Below are positions 1 to 11,300 of a stretch of 64,000 nucleotides of DNA, one piece after another. The number at the start of each line of letters is the position of its first letter. The stretch's first letter is position 1. A program made the position numbers and the translations under genes. Origin of the DNA: Paramoeba atlantica (taxonomy: Eukaryota > Protista > Discosea); contig CDRNVI010000044.1 of NCBI GenBank assembly GCA_977017575.1, positions 248,001-312,000 of the forward strand, given 5' to 3'. The notes below the pieces were generated by a model, which saw nothing but the letters and a program-made list of their open reading frames with translations, did no database searches and was not told the origin of the DNA.

Positions 1-131
1 GTTAGAATTTCCTGTATCTCTTTATACGCAAGCATGCATTAAATCTTGAAATCTATTTATCTTGTGCAAGTACATGATTCATTTCGATGTTTCTGCGTGG
101 TAAATGAAGAATAATCCGTAGCCTCGGTAGA

Positions 132-3100
132 ATGAGAGTTTTCCACTATACACCTCCGTTAAGAGAACGCTTGTCACAGAGCTTTTCCGTTACACCTTGC
201 CTGCGATGCTCCATGCCTGTAGCTTCGCGTCCACCTAACAAGTATCGAGAACAACTGCTGTCAAGAATACAGATACATCCCCTAAGGGAAAGAATTCGAG
301 CCCATGTAGCCGAGCATCGAATTAGCATAATTACAGGAAAGGCGGGTTGTGGAAAGAGCACTGCTATTCCATACTACTTGGCTACCGAGCAGAGTTTGAT
401 TTCTTCATCAGAAAACAGGAAAAAGCGGATATGGGTACTACAGCCCACACGTCTTGCTTGTCAAAATGTTGCAGGACAGTCTAGTGTTCTCTTTGATAGC
501 CCCATAGGAGACAAAGTGGGACTTGCGCTGTCCAGTGATGCCCAGTACAGTGCGCACTCTGAAGTTATCTATGCAACGACGGGCTACGCCGCTCGATATT
601 TTTTCATGCACGGTATGAGAAGTGTTGTTGTTTCTCCTACCCACATTATATTTGACGAGGCCCACGAACGGTCGTTAGATTTTGACCTGTTGACTATGTG
701 GCTTCAGAATCAAGAATATGATGGGAGAGTTATATTCATATCCGCAACACTGGATGCGGAATATTACTCTACGCGGTACTTTTTAAACGCAAGCGCCATA
801 TTAAATTTGGATCTTTCATTGCCAGAGGGCAGTTCTTCAATACCATCTGGTTTCATAGTACGTACCGCGTTTAGTGATAACTGCCACTTCGACTGGGTTT
901 CGGCGCCATTACTTCGCATTTTGAAGTCCGTCAATCGTACAGTACCGACCCTGCTTGATGATTACACTATTGGATGTCGTGTCATAGCGGAGTGGGCAGC
1001 TTTGCATAAAGGAAGGACGAATTCCGTGCTGGTCTTTTTACCTGGTCACCAAGAAATTCTCATGTTTCAAGATTTTCTGCGTCGGGTTAGTAAAGATCAG
1101 TGTGCGAATTGGAAAATACAACTTCTATGTAAGGAAACCCTTTCTTCTGAGTCTGATGCAGAATTTTCAGGCGATGAAAGTGAGGCCGTGAAAGAATGCG
1201 GAGAAAACACGGTTTGGTTGTCTACAGAATTGGGCGAAACTTCACTGACACTTGCAAACGTCGGACTGGTTCTTGACTATGGATGCCATCGAGTTACTCA
1301 AGCGACAGGACATTGCAATGGGTTTGCGGAGAAAAAACTTGTCTTAGAATGGTGCTCAAAGTCAAGCATATTACAACGGCGGGGACGTGTTGGTCGCACG
1401 CAAAATGGTTATGTGCTACATCTGTTTTCCGAAGCGTTCTATTGTGATTTACCAGATTATGGTATGGCGGAGCACACTCGCACATCAAATCGTGATATAA
1501 TTCTTCAACTCGTTTGTATGGATCCTTATTGGCGCCGAACTTCTCATTTGCTCAAAAATTGTAGGTTGCCACCACTTGCGTTATCATCCCATGCCGTACA
1601 AGCCGCACTATCAGATCTAAAATCATCTGGCATCATATCTGTCGTCATCTCGGAAAAAAAGAATGACGAAGTGGATAGTATTATTCAAGTCAGTGACATC
1701 GGAATGATATCACATGGTTTACGTCTAAGCATTGAGTTGTCAAAGCTACTTCATCTTTCCCTACGAATGGGTGATCCAGAAATTGTTGTACTTGCCTTAT
1801 TAACGTGTGCACTCGACACGATTGCTACAGATATTCATGACACACCTAGAAATAAGAACAGCCAGGTTCGTCTATATAGCAAGATAGGTAAAACGAAGGA
1901 GAGGTATCTAAGAGGAAAAGCGAAAATCATAGGCAATTGCTTTTCAGATAATTTGCTGCACGTTGAGATAATGAGACAGTGGATCAGGCATCAAGATCCT
2001 ACGTTTTTGAAAAAGTACGCGCTGAGTAGAGTAAAAATCTTGGCTATAGAGCAAAGACTCAGGCACTTACTTGTTCGCTTATGCGACGTAACTCGTCTCC
2101 ATATTTCATCATTTGATTTATTGCGAAAAAGTATTCTGTTCCCAAAACGGTACCCTGAGGCCCCTAGCGAACTTTACGCCCTTTTAAATCTCTCATCGTC
2201 TGCCCTAGCAACATTTTGCACCATTTATCTCTGCAGCTTGGCATTGAATCCGCATTCCATACTTATAGGCCACTCAAGTTATGCGTTACGCGCAGTGGGA
2301 AATCATCAAAAAATTAAAAGTCTCCTGGATGTAAACGACTTTGATCACAATTCCGCAGTCTGCACTTACAAAACTCTGGGCGATATTACTCTACAAGAAA
2401 ATGAGCTTCACGCTTTGATAGTCAAGCGTTTACCTTTCTGTCGTGAAACAATTGTCAGCAAAGCGGGATTTTTTCCTAAGATGAAATGCTTTGTAGTAGA
2501 GTTCAGTAGTGGTGCAAAACATTTGGAAACTACCCATGAGAAAATTTCATGTTTTAAAACCAAGAATTTCGACGCTTCTGAGAATAAATTAGTAAGCCAA
2601 GCTAATGATGGAGTCACCTATCTTAATCAGTTGGCTGTATCGCGCAGCTTACTATTCGACACAAAAACTATAAAAGCAGAGAAAATAGAAAAGTCCCTTG
2701 CAAAAAAGAGCAAACTCGCACAGAGTCTGGATTTGGCACTGAATGAATCGAATTCCATGCAGGTTTCATTATTACAAGAGCAAGATAAAAGACTGACTGT
2801 CACAGGTAATACGAATGTAACGGACCCTGAAACGAAATGTTTTACGTCTGCAGCTGCGGGTAATCGTACCACGACGGAACTTGAAATCAACAAGATTGAG
2901 TATTTGCATCAAATCACGTGGCGTTCACTTTCTGAGGCCAACCAGACAACGATATCTCATAGATCTTTGCTGGGTTCAGTGAAGAAAGAAAAGGCCCCGT
3001 TGGAACCCATTTTAGTATTTGCAGACAAAAGCGTGCTGCTCAACAACCGGAAACTTGTAAACTCTGCCCATGCATTGCCGGTGAGCAGTACTTTGATTCG

Positions 3101-4139
3101 TCTTCTTGCTATATCGTGCGGTGGAAATATCAGTATGCTTCTGAACACTTCTTTTTCAAAAGCACGTGGTGTTTCAATCACGGTTGGGAGCCGCCATGTA
3201 GTGCTGCAGCTATGCCTTTCATCAACAGAGGAACTTGCGGCTCTTATGTACCAGCGGAAACTTTACCGAGAGAATCAGAATTCTGAAGCTATTATACAAA
3301 TTATGCGAAACGCCTCGAGAAACTTAATCAATTGTCACCACTTAAAACATATTGCTCAGCCGTACCCTGGGGCTTCAAAACATCGGAAAATGTCTGAATC
3401 GAGCATCAATAATGATGTTTTTCAATGGTACGATGAGGCATCTTATACGAATTGTTTATCAAATATTGAGCGTTCTGAATATATGAAGACGGGAGATATT
3501 AAACACGGTGATATATCGGAAGACAAGTTTGTGACAGTGCCAGACGAAATGGGGGCGTCCATTCTCCACACACTTTTCGATAATATAACTATGCAAAGAG
3601 CCGCCGAATTCCTGTATACACAATTCGTTCCTCGCTTATGTTGTCGCATTCTTCCAGGTAAGGCATCTTCTCAAGATACATGTACAAAAATGGATCTGGA
3701 AAGCACATTCGTCGCTCATATGAAGACCATCGAAGAATATTTAGTAAACGAATTTTCTAGATTCTATCCTCTATCCTCTAGTGAGTCGCATATCTCACGT
3801 AACAAAAGATTTTCCTCGGATAACCGCTTAAAGGCATGCGAATCTCTCTTCCACTATATTTTGGACGAACTTCAATGCACACTTTACGCTACTGACGTAC
3901 CCGTAAAACATGCGTATGAATATGCCGACGGTCAAGAAGATAGCTTATTGTGTCCTGAAAAATCAGCCTCTGCGAGGCAGAGCACTGATATTGACGCTCA
4001 TTCGAAAGAATCCTCTGAAGCAACTATAAATAACACAGGTTTTACCGAATATATAGTATATTGCCCTGTGGTGCTTCCTTCAAAAATTAGACTAAATCTC
4101 GCAAAGTTTCAGCGAAGTGTATTGCGTTATGACATATGA
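132..4139 (+). CDS. DEAH/RHA-family RNA helicase
   Basis: 1335-aa ORF with motif I GKAGCGKST, QPTR, DEAH, SAT, ETSLT and motif VI QRRGRVGR. The true start could be the later Met (MPVASRPP). Confidence 0.9.
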   Translation: MRVFHYTPPLRERLSQSFSVTPCLRCSMPVASRPPNKYREQLLSRIQIHPLRERIRAHVAEHRISIITGKAGCGKSTAIPYYLATEQSLISSSENRKKRIWVLQPTRLACQNVAGQSSVLFDSPIGDKVGLALSSDAQYSAHSEVIYATTGYAARYFFMHGMRSVVVSPTHIIFDEAHERSLDFDLLTMWLQNQEYDGRVIFISATLDAEYYSTRYFLNASAILNLDLSLPEGSSSIPSGFIVRTAFSDNCHFDWVSAPLLRILKSVNRTVPTLLDDYTIGCRVIAEWAALHKGRTNSVLVFLPGHQEILMFQDFLRRVSKDQCANWKIQLLCKETLSSESDAEFSGDESEAVKECGENTVWLSTELGETSLTLANVGLVLDYGCHRVTQATGHCNGFAEKKLVLEWCSKSSILQRRGRVGRTQNGYVLHLFSEAFYCDLPDYGMAEHTRTSNRDIILQLVCMDPYWRRTSHLLKNCRLPPLALSSHAVQAALSDLKSSGIISVVISEKKNDEVDSIIQVSDIGMISHGLRLSIELSKLLHLSLRMGDPEIVVLALLTCALDTIATDIHDTPRNKNSQVRLYSKIGKTKERYLRGKAKIIGNCFSDNLLHVEIMRQWIRHQDPTFLKKYALSRVKILAIEQRLRHLLVRLCDVTRLHISSFDLLRKSILFPKRYPEAPSELYALLNLSSSALATFCTIYLCSLALNPHSILIGHSSYALRAVGNHQKIKSLLDVNDFDHNSAVCTYKTLGDITLQENELHALIVKRLPFCRETIVSKAGFFPKMKCFVVEFSSGAKHLETTHEKISCFKTKNFDASENKLVSQANDGVTYLNQLAVSRSLLFDTKTIKAEKIEKSLAKKSKLAQSLDLALNESNSMQVSLLQEQDKRLTVTGNTNVTDPETKCFTSAAAGNRTTTELEINKIEYLHQITWRSLSEANQTTISHRSLLGSVKKEKAPLEPILVFADKSVLLNNRKLVNSAHALPVSSTLIRLLAISCGGNISMLLNTSFSKARGVSITVGSRHVVLQLCLSSTEELAALMYQRKLYRENQNSEAIIQIMRNASRNLINCHHLKHIAQPYPGASKHRKMSESSINNDVFQWYDEASYTNCLSNIERSEYMKTGDIKHGDISEDKFVTVPDEMGASILHTLFDNITMQRAAEFLYTQFVPRLCCRILPGKASSQDTCTKMDLESTFVAHMKTIEEYLVNEFSRFYPLSSSESHISRNKRFSSDNRLKACESLFHYILDELQCTLYATDVPVKHAYEYADGQEDSLLCPEKSASARQSTDIDAHSKESSEATINNTGFTEYIVYCPVVLPSKIRLNLAKFQRSVLRYDI

Positions 4140-4569
4140 ATTTCCGGACCAGAATGATACTGTGATACCCCCTTTCTTATGGCCAAGGAAATAAAAACTT
4201 CTGAAGTTAGATTTTTGCGTAAGACAGCGCAAAACGTGGATGATTACACCCATGCGAACCTTCGCCCCAAAGCTCGGTCTCAGTTAAAGATCGACATTGT
4301 TAAGCCAACGGAATATCTATTGAACGAGGCCAGGTAAGCAGAAATAAAAAAATACTATGCCCCCCCCCACTTATGCCCCCCCGACACTTATAGTGCCGCG
4401 GGGTACCCCCCCACTTATAGTGCCGTTTTGGAAAAAAATGTCCGAAAAAAAAATTGACCAATTCTTTTTTGACCAAAAAGGTGGAGTAAATATATTGTAA
4501 ATTTCTAACATTTTCATTTATGGAAATCATTGAGACTTTATTATTAGTTCCCTTCATACATTCCATGAC

Positions 4570-4725
4570 TGCTGGTTCTCACGAAAACGAGGCGCCGGAC
4601 AAAGCGCACACTCGTGGCCCTTCCACGCAGGACATTGGACTGCGTATAGTGTACGCAGCTAGCCCCTCTCAAGGAGCTGGGCCAGACTGTCCGGGGAAGG
4701 CGAAATGTCGCCCTGCTCTGTAAAC
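4570..4725 (-). pseudogene. Internal fragment of the CRE-like retrotransposon
   Basis: Minus strand reads QQGDISPSPDSLAQLLERG*LRTLYAVQCPAWK, nearly identical to the copies at ~33.2 kb and ~60.6 kb. Confidence 0.85.
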
Positions 4726-4958
4726 GCGCCATGAGTGTTAGGGGGCATTCGGGTTTACAGTTTGTAGATTTCTCTTTCGGATCTCTAGAATCGAGTCACG
4801 TACTTCATGGAATTATTTCACCGTGTTCTGCCACACATTACTCATCCAGACATCTTTTGCGCATTATTGCACCCCCCTGAACATCCCATCACACGATTGC
4901 ACATGCGCAGCACTGGAGCATAAACACGATTTACAGCGCTTAGGCACTCAAAACTACA

Positions 4959-5281
4959 TACTGTGACCCCCCCTTTATACTTCGCTGGTCAGACCCCCCT
5001 TTTATACTTCGTTTTTTGTGTTCCCCCCCCTGAAGGGGGGACGATTTTTTCGTAATTTTTTCGTAATTTTTCTAAAGGTTTTAGAAAAAACAAGAACATT
5101 CTATACCTTTCCTTCTAGAAATGGAAGGTTATATATGTATAAAAGGAAAGACAGGAAAACTGGATGAGCTGCGCCGCGAAGCGGGGCGGCTTTCTTTTTA
5201 CAGCGGGGAAAAAATTCAGACCCCCCCTTTATACTTCGTTACTGCTCAAAATGGGCGAAGTATAAGGGGGGGGTCACAGTA
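4959..5281. mobile_element. 323-bp TA-flanked MITE nested in the 4354-5417 element
   Basis: TIRs ta-ctgtgaccccccctttatacttcgc and gcgaagtataaggggggggtcacag-ta. Internal repeats ccccc-tttatacttcg near 4994 and 5221. Confidence 0.8.
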
Positions 5282-5881
5282 ATAGAAAGAAGAGCGGCGC
5301 GCTTTTTTTTTTTGAGGGTGGAAAAATTTTCACCCTCGACCTGAAACATGCTACCCCCCCCACTTATAGTGCCGTTTGGTCGAAAACCGCGGCACTATAA
5401 GTGGGGGGGGCACAGTAAAAAAAGATCAGTAATCGATACTTTAAACAGTCTTCCCAGTCGATTACGAGAGCTGCGAGCCAAAAAAAATGGTAGCTCCATT
5501 GACTTTTGGCAGTCAAAACAAATGGCCAAAACATTAAAAATCATTAATTTTTTCTTCCGAGACCTTAAAATTTTCATCGAAAACCCCGCCTTTTTTTTGC
5601 CCACCCTAAAAACATTTTCAGTTTTTTCCTTAATGGCCAAGAGATAACTGGCTTCCTCTTCTGAGAAGTTCTCCCGAATCAGCATATTCCACCGGAAAGT
5701 CGAACCCTGATCATAGCACGGTACTAGGAACTATAATCCTTGCGTGATTTAGCTAGAAAGGATAGACACAAATTACGAGACGCTACGATTTAAACATTCG
5801 ACCTTTTAACAGTAGAACAGAAGTGTATGTAACATAAAAATACCTTACAAAATTAATTTCCACGCATAACTTTATTTTTAC

Positions 5882-6901
5882 ATGTATAGCGTGTGCGAAT
5901 TTGCGCCTGACCCCTTTCGTAAGCGAGTTGCTGTCGCTTATTCCGATGGCAGCCTGCACGTATGTTTGCTCGATATCGAGTATAAATCCAGGAACCAAAA
6001 TCTCTTGCAGCAAAGCATATTAACTCGCTCAGGAGAACCACATGTCACGTGCATGGAGTGGTATTATCACCGATCTTTGAAAATTCATTTCATTGCCGCT
6101 TGTTCCGACCAATTCTTTTTGTACAGGGAGAATACCGGTTCTGGTAGCACAACTTGGTCCATTGACATGTCTTTCCCCCTATCAAATGGACCAGCCACAT
6201 GCGTTAGTTGGGCTCCACAAGGGTTTGGTACGCTTCTTGCGATTTCCTTTACTTCTGGTGAGATAAATGTTGTGCGATATGATAAAAACAATAGATGGCT
6301 GCAGTCAAGTTTTATGGCTCACGAAGATGGCTGTACTTCTTTATCGTGGTCTCCCGATATGCCACCAAATCGGTTGCACTCCTTACCACTGAAACCAAGC
6401 ACGAGCGATGGCCTACTATCCAGCGGCATTGATGCCTCTCTAGTTGTTCCAGCGTGTTTCGTCTCATGTGGCAACGAGTCGTGCGCGCGAATCTGGAAAG
6501 GAAACGCATCGAATGCACAGTGGTTGATCGATCATGAGCTGAGAGATGAACAAAATTTAGGATGGGCTCCTTGGTTAGACGTCGCATGGGCCCCCAACGT
6601 AGGGCTGCCGTGCAGCTACATCGCTCTTGCGGGTGTAAGTGGAGTTAGAATATGGATGCAGTACGCAAATGATTCTCGTTGGACGCAAAGGTCAATAAAT
6701 TGTCCGGAATTAGCGGATAAAACTGTTCTTTCTGAGGGAAGAGAAGTTCCGGGAGCTGCCCTACGAGTGGCGTGGTCTAACGTCGGAACTATTCTAAGTG
6801 TTACGTTACAAGACCAAAGGATCGTGTGTCTCAAAGAGGATCCAGAATCAGGAGAATGGGAGACTGTGGCTAGCTGGAGGGCCAGTGAGACGGAACCTTA
6901 A
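5882..6901 (+). CDS. SEC13: WD40 COPII/nucleoporin protein Sec13
   Basis: WD40 repeats with Sec13-like motifs AHEDGCTSLSWSP, DVAWAPNVGLP and RVAWSNVGTILSV...KE...GEWE. Confidence 0.75.
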   Translation: MYSVCEFAPDPFRKRVAVAYSDGSLHVCLLDIEYKSRNQNLLQQSILTRSGEPHVTCMEWYYHRSLKIHFIAACSDQFFLYRENTGSGSTTWSIDMSFPLSNGPATCVSWAPQGFGTLLAISFTSGEINVVRYDKNNRWLQSSFMAHEDGCTSLSWSPDMPPNRLHSLPLKPSTSDGLLSSGIDASLVVPACFVSCGNESCARIWKGNASNAQWLIDHELRDEQNLGWAPWLDVAWAPNVGLPCSYIALAGVSGVRIWMQYANDSRWTQRSINCPELADKTVLSEGREVPGAALRVAWSNVGTILSVTLQDQRIVCLKEDPESGEWETVASWRASETEP

Positions 6902-7189
6902 CATTACTGCATCAGACTGGGATTGATAAGTACTATGATGCATGTAGATTGGCATGAATGCATTCGCATTGGTATGAAGTAGAATGCTGAATTGTGGATG
7001 TCGCAATGTTTCGAAACTATGACAATGTGCCTAGTGCTCAGTAGTACCATGCTTATTATTTCCCTTGAGTTTAGTCGTGCTTCGTATCTTTGTACGAAGT
7101 TTGTTTTTGAAGCTTTGAATGGTTCATTGCTGCATGGTATAACCGCGGAGTGGCACGGAGTCGGCAAATAACCCCTCAGACAAATAACC

Positions 7190-8250
7190 CCTCAGAGGAT
7201 GCACCAGCACACTGACCCGGCGTCAACCTCAAACAGGGTCCAGGCACATGCGAGGCGGTGTGCTAAAGCGAGCGAGCGAAACAGGAAGAAAGGGATATTC
7301 TGCGCGGGAATCGGGGCATCCGTTCTGATGCATGAGCCATCGGTCGAACACCCTTACATGATGGAAGGATGCAAGTCATTGTGAGGGACCAGCAGGGTTG
7401 CCCACATGTCGGCCGAGGCGCCCAAGTCCTCGTTCGTCTCCAGGGGCCTCCAAGTTCGTTGGTGAGACACACGCGGTCCGGCGAGACCCCGAACATGAGG
7501 CCCATTACGTGCACCAGACCACGAAGAGGCATCCGGGGGGCACCACAACCAGGATACGACCCATGACGAGGGGCCCCAGATTCAGGTTTACCCTGACCCA
7601 TTCCTCTTCCCTCAGTTCGGGAGGGAGAGAGGCAGGGGGACGGGAAGGGGCTTCGCCGATGAGCCGTGTGCTCCCCACAACAGTGGCCGTATAGGAGGGG
7701 TGTCAGCCTTAGGAGGCGGTGGCGGGTCTACGATGTTCCCGCTCTCCGGGGGCCCTGCATAAGGTCCGTTTAAATGAGCGATTCGCTGAAACTCGCCCAG
7801 CCACGCGTTATGCTCCTCGAGAATGTGGGCGGTTGCACGGGCCGCCGCGTGCTCGTGGACGAATTTGTGTTCCGTAATCATTCGCTGGTCCATGAAAACT
7901 AGCCCGCATGCGTGGCACAGATGTGCCCTATCCTCGATTAATTTTCCCTATGTTCCCGCCTAGTGTCCTGGCAGAGTAAGGTGAACCATTGAGAAATAAT
8001 GTCGTCTTGTGCCCTGGAGAAGTCGGCCTCAAAAGCCCTGGCGGTGCTCGCTGGGCGATGTTCCTCGACCTCCTGTGAGGTCTGAGGGCACTCCATCTTT
8101 ATGTCCCAGATTGAAGAGATTTCCGCGTTCTTTTTGGCGATAATCGCCAGCTGATGCTGATGTGAGGGAGCCTTTCCCGATTTGGTACCACGGCGATGTG
8201 GAAAAGTCGATTTTATCCTTAAATAGATTATCCATAGTGTTATCCGTCAA
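7190..8250 (-). pseudogene. Diverged 5' part of a CRE-like retrotransposon
   Basis: Minus-strand frames give EEWVRVNLNLGP..., MFGVSPDRVCLTNELG and DG...AP..AQNIP..L...L......AW.......WC.L, which align by eye with KILLDLGP / TLGVP / AQDIPAGL...GAW...LWCFLP of the other copies. Ends at a 16-bp tandem duplication caaataacccctcaga. Confidence 0.55.
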
Positions 8251-8386
8251 TAAAGCCTATCTTAAATAGGTAGGAGCGGGGGGTCAAAATATAATATAGA
8301 ATTTAATTTAATATAGAATTAAAAATCTTAAATACATCTTCACCTTTATTGTTGCTGTATAGAAATTATTTATTTATTCCTATTGC

Positions 8387-11300
8387 GTGTGTTGGACCAT
8401 GACCACGGATTTACAAAAGCAGCTCCTCTCTATGGGGGGTTCCCTCCCCAATAAGGCAAAACCTTTGAGACGCTGTGCTTCATTTCTTTTTGCTGACAAC
8501 GACGCCTCGGCCATGTCACCTGAACAAATACATGATATTGGAATTCGTGGTCTACGAGGTCTCACAGAACTTGATCGCCGCTTTGCGCGGTACGAAAGCA
8601 TCTTATTTACCGCAGACTCGATTCAGGTTGACCGGTCAGTTCTTTCCACAGAAATTGAGAACGTTATTAATAATAACCTTCGTTCACTGCTTGTAATGTG
8701 TTCGCAACACTTCCTGAAAACACCGGTGAGTTACGTTCTCGAGTATATAATTCGAATCTTTGACGCGCATAAATACAACACTGAAGATCTGTTGCGGTGT
8801 GCGCTGCCTTATTCGCAGCATATTCTGTTTGCTCGTTTAATACAGCTCTTACCTCTGCGCTCGATACCATTGTGGGGCTTCTTGGAAAAAAATGCCCGAA
8901 CTGGCACGCCAGTCCCGCAACGGTCCCTCATAGAACACATAAATAAAAATGAGGGTGCTCTACTGTTTGTCAATCGCATGATTCGCGATTCCTTACAGCA
9001 TAATGCATTGGGCAAAAGCGCCACTGTTTTCTGGACAGAGATTTCTATTATGCTGTGTGAACGCGATCCCAATGAACGACTTTTACGCATTATGTTACCG
9101 TTAGTCTACACTGGTATACAGGGTGAGCATTACGAACTGTCAAGTGCCGCGCTATTAATTATGATTGCAGTAAATCAAATAGTTAGCCTGAACAACGATG
9201 TATTTGAAGATAGCTGTCGTTCGATTTGTGAATCAATGGAACGTATAGCCGAATACGGCACAAGAATGGAAGAACAAAAAAATAGTGTTTGCTTATATTT
9301 CGGCACGCTTCTCAGCTTGGTTTCAGCGAGAGTTAATCCGACTGCTGCGTCGTGGGCGCAAAACTTTTGGAAAGATATTCCGTGGTCTGCCTCCACTCCG
9401 GCATCCGGTTCAGTATTTAGTGTGTTCCTCTTTCACAATGTAATGCAGCACGAAGCTCTGAGAGCGAAGTTTTACAGAGTACTAAAAACGGTGTTACAAT
9501 ACTCATCTCTGACGGATACAACAACTTCTACTGTGTTGATGTATTTTCTTCGCGTTGGTATTCTTCGACTAGATACAGTAGAAAGTGAGGAACCTGCACA
9601 TATAATGACGGTCACTCTTTTACATAACACCATAAGCTTGCTAGAAGCAAGTGAGCCAGTTTGTGACATGCCACCTCAAAACCCTGCCTATATCAATTTG
9701 TTGAAGACCTTGCGTGCAAGGAACACTACAGTGTTTGACGCATTCGTGTCAAAAGCGTTTAAAGAAATTTCATTGGAAAAAGCTCTATCAATTGCCAATG
9801 CCTTGTCCCATGCTTTTGGGGATGATCCTCGGTACGCTAGTATTTCACAAGAGTCCGCTAAAATTCCTTTAATTTGGGTATTAGAGCATCCAAACTGGGA
9901 CTTGCGTTTAGCTTCGGTGAGCGTTATAATGCAAAAGTGGAAAACTGCTGCAAACGACTCGCAACGTGATGTGGCTTTATCATTGCTTGTTAATTTTATG
10001 TACTTGAGCTTCGACGACGAAGATGGCGCAGGGTTCATGGCTAAGCTTTTGATTGAAATCAAAAGCATTCTGACTGCAATTTTGAACAATGGTCCCGATG
10101 TTGAGAATGTTGACAAGGTATTGAAAGGTCTTTCATGTTGTCTGAGTCAAGTAGAGAGCGATGTGGTCTCAACGACGGAAGAACCGTGGTGCTCTTTGCT
10201 AGCAACAATGGAATCTGTACTTGCAGAGATTAGCAAGAATTCATTTTCGAAATCAGAATCAGAAAATTGCGATAGAATCAGGACCCAGAAGCTCCTTCTC
10301 GCACTTCGGATCAATGCAATCAAGTGGAAAGATTCTTTGCTAGCAACAAAAGCTGATACGAAAAATGAAATTTTCGCTTCTCGGCTTGATCTTGACTCAT
10401 TGAATTATTTCAGTTCACATCTGCTACAAGCTCTATCAATAGAAAAATCTTGGGTGTCCACTGGAATCCTCAAGAATTTGCAAGAGGTTGTCCAAGAAGC
10501 CGTTACTTCGAATCAAGAGCAAGAAATGTGCTCAAACAATGTGCTTCTAGCCTTAATATTGTTGGCGACTGCCTTAATGACAAACGTTCCGGATTTTCAA
10601 AAACAGTTCGAGTGTCTCCTTTCGTTTCTACGACGTGGATTTTCTCAACTTACAAGTTTAAATCCACATGAAATTCGGGTGGAGCCGGACTTATCTGTTG
10701 GCCTACTCCGATGCATAACTTACGGCGCAAGAAGCCACAGTGCAAAATCTTATGCTGTGCGGCTTTATCAGAACTCCGTATATTTGCTCTTGCACATGAT
10801 TCACATCGGGATAAGCAAAGATATATCTCGAAAGGAAAATTTAATGGTTTTTGATTATTTGGCTCTTGTTTGGCACTCCAATTTTTCCACTGAAAGCATG
10901 TGGATATCCGGCAAAGGTAGTTGTCCCTTGAACATCCCTGGGAAAGCGACTTGTTTTTTGTCCGATGTTCTAACGCAAGCACGTGAAATACGCGCTGTTA
11001 TGTTGGGTCTGAGCTATGTTCTTGACCAAGAGCCGAATAAAACAGGACCTATTTACTTGAACATTGAGTACGCTGTACCAACCTTTGTAGCTCTTTATCG
11101 ATTACAAACGCAACCGGAGTTTTATAAGGTAGTTTCGAAAGCTTCTCGACTTTCTTTCGTTGAAGACAGTTCTTTTTCAAAGTCGAGCGTTGCTGCATTG
11201 AAAATCCTTCTTACGAAATATGCGTATGGCTTAAATCCCACCGTTAGCGCTGGAGACAAAATTTTGAATGATGACGTTGATTCAATTATGCTTTCCAGTG

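Larger units (their letters stand above)
4354..5417. mobile_element. TA-flanked TIR element (MITE-like, Tc1/mariner-pogo type) with nested insertions
   Basis: Left end tactatgcccccccc-acttat matches the reverse complement of right end gcggcactataagtggggggggcacagta. Subterminal motif ccccccacttatagtgccg recurs near 4406 and 5354 and inverted near 5388. Confidence 0.7.
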
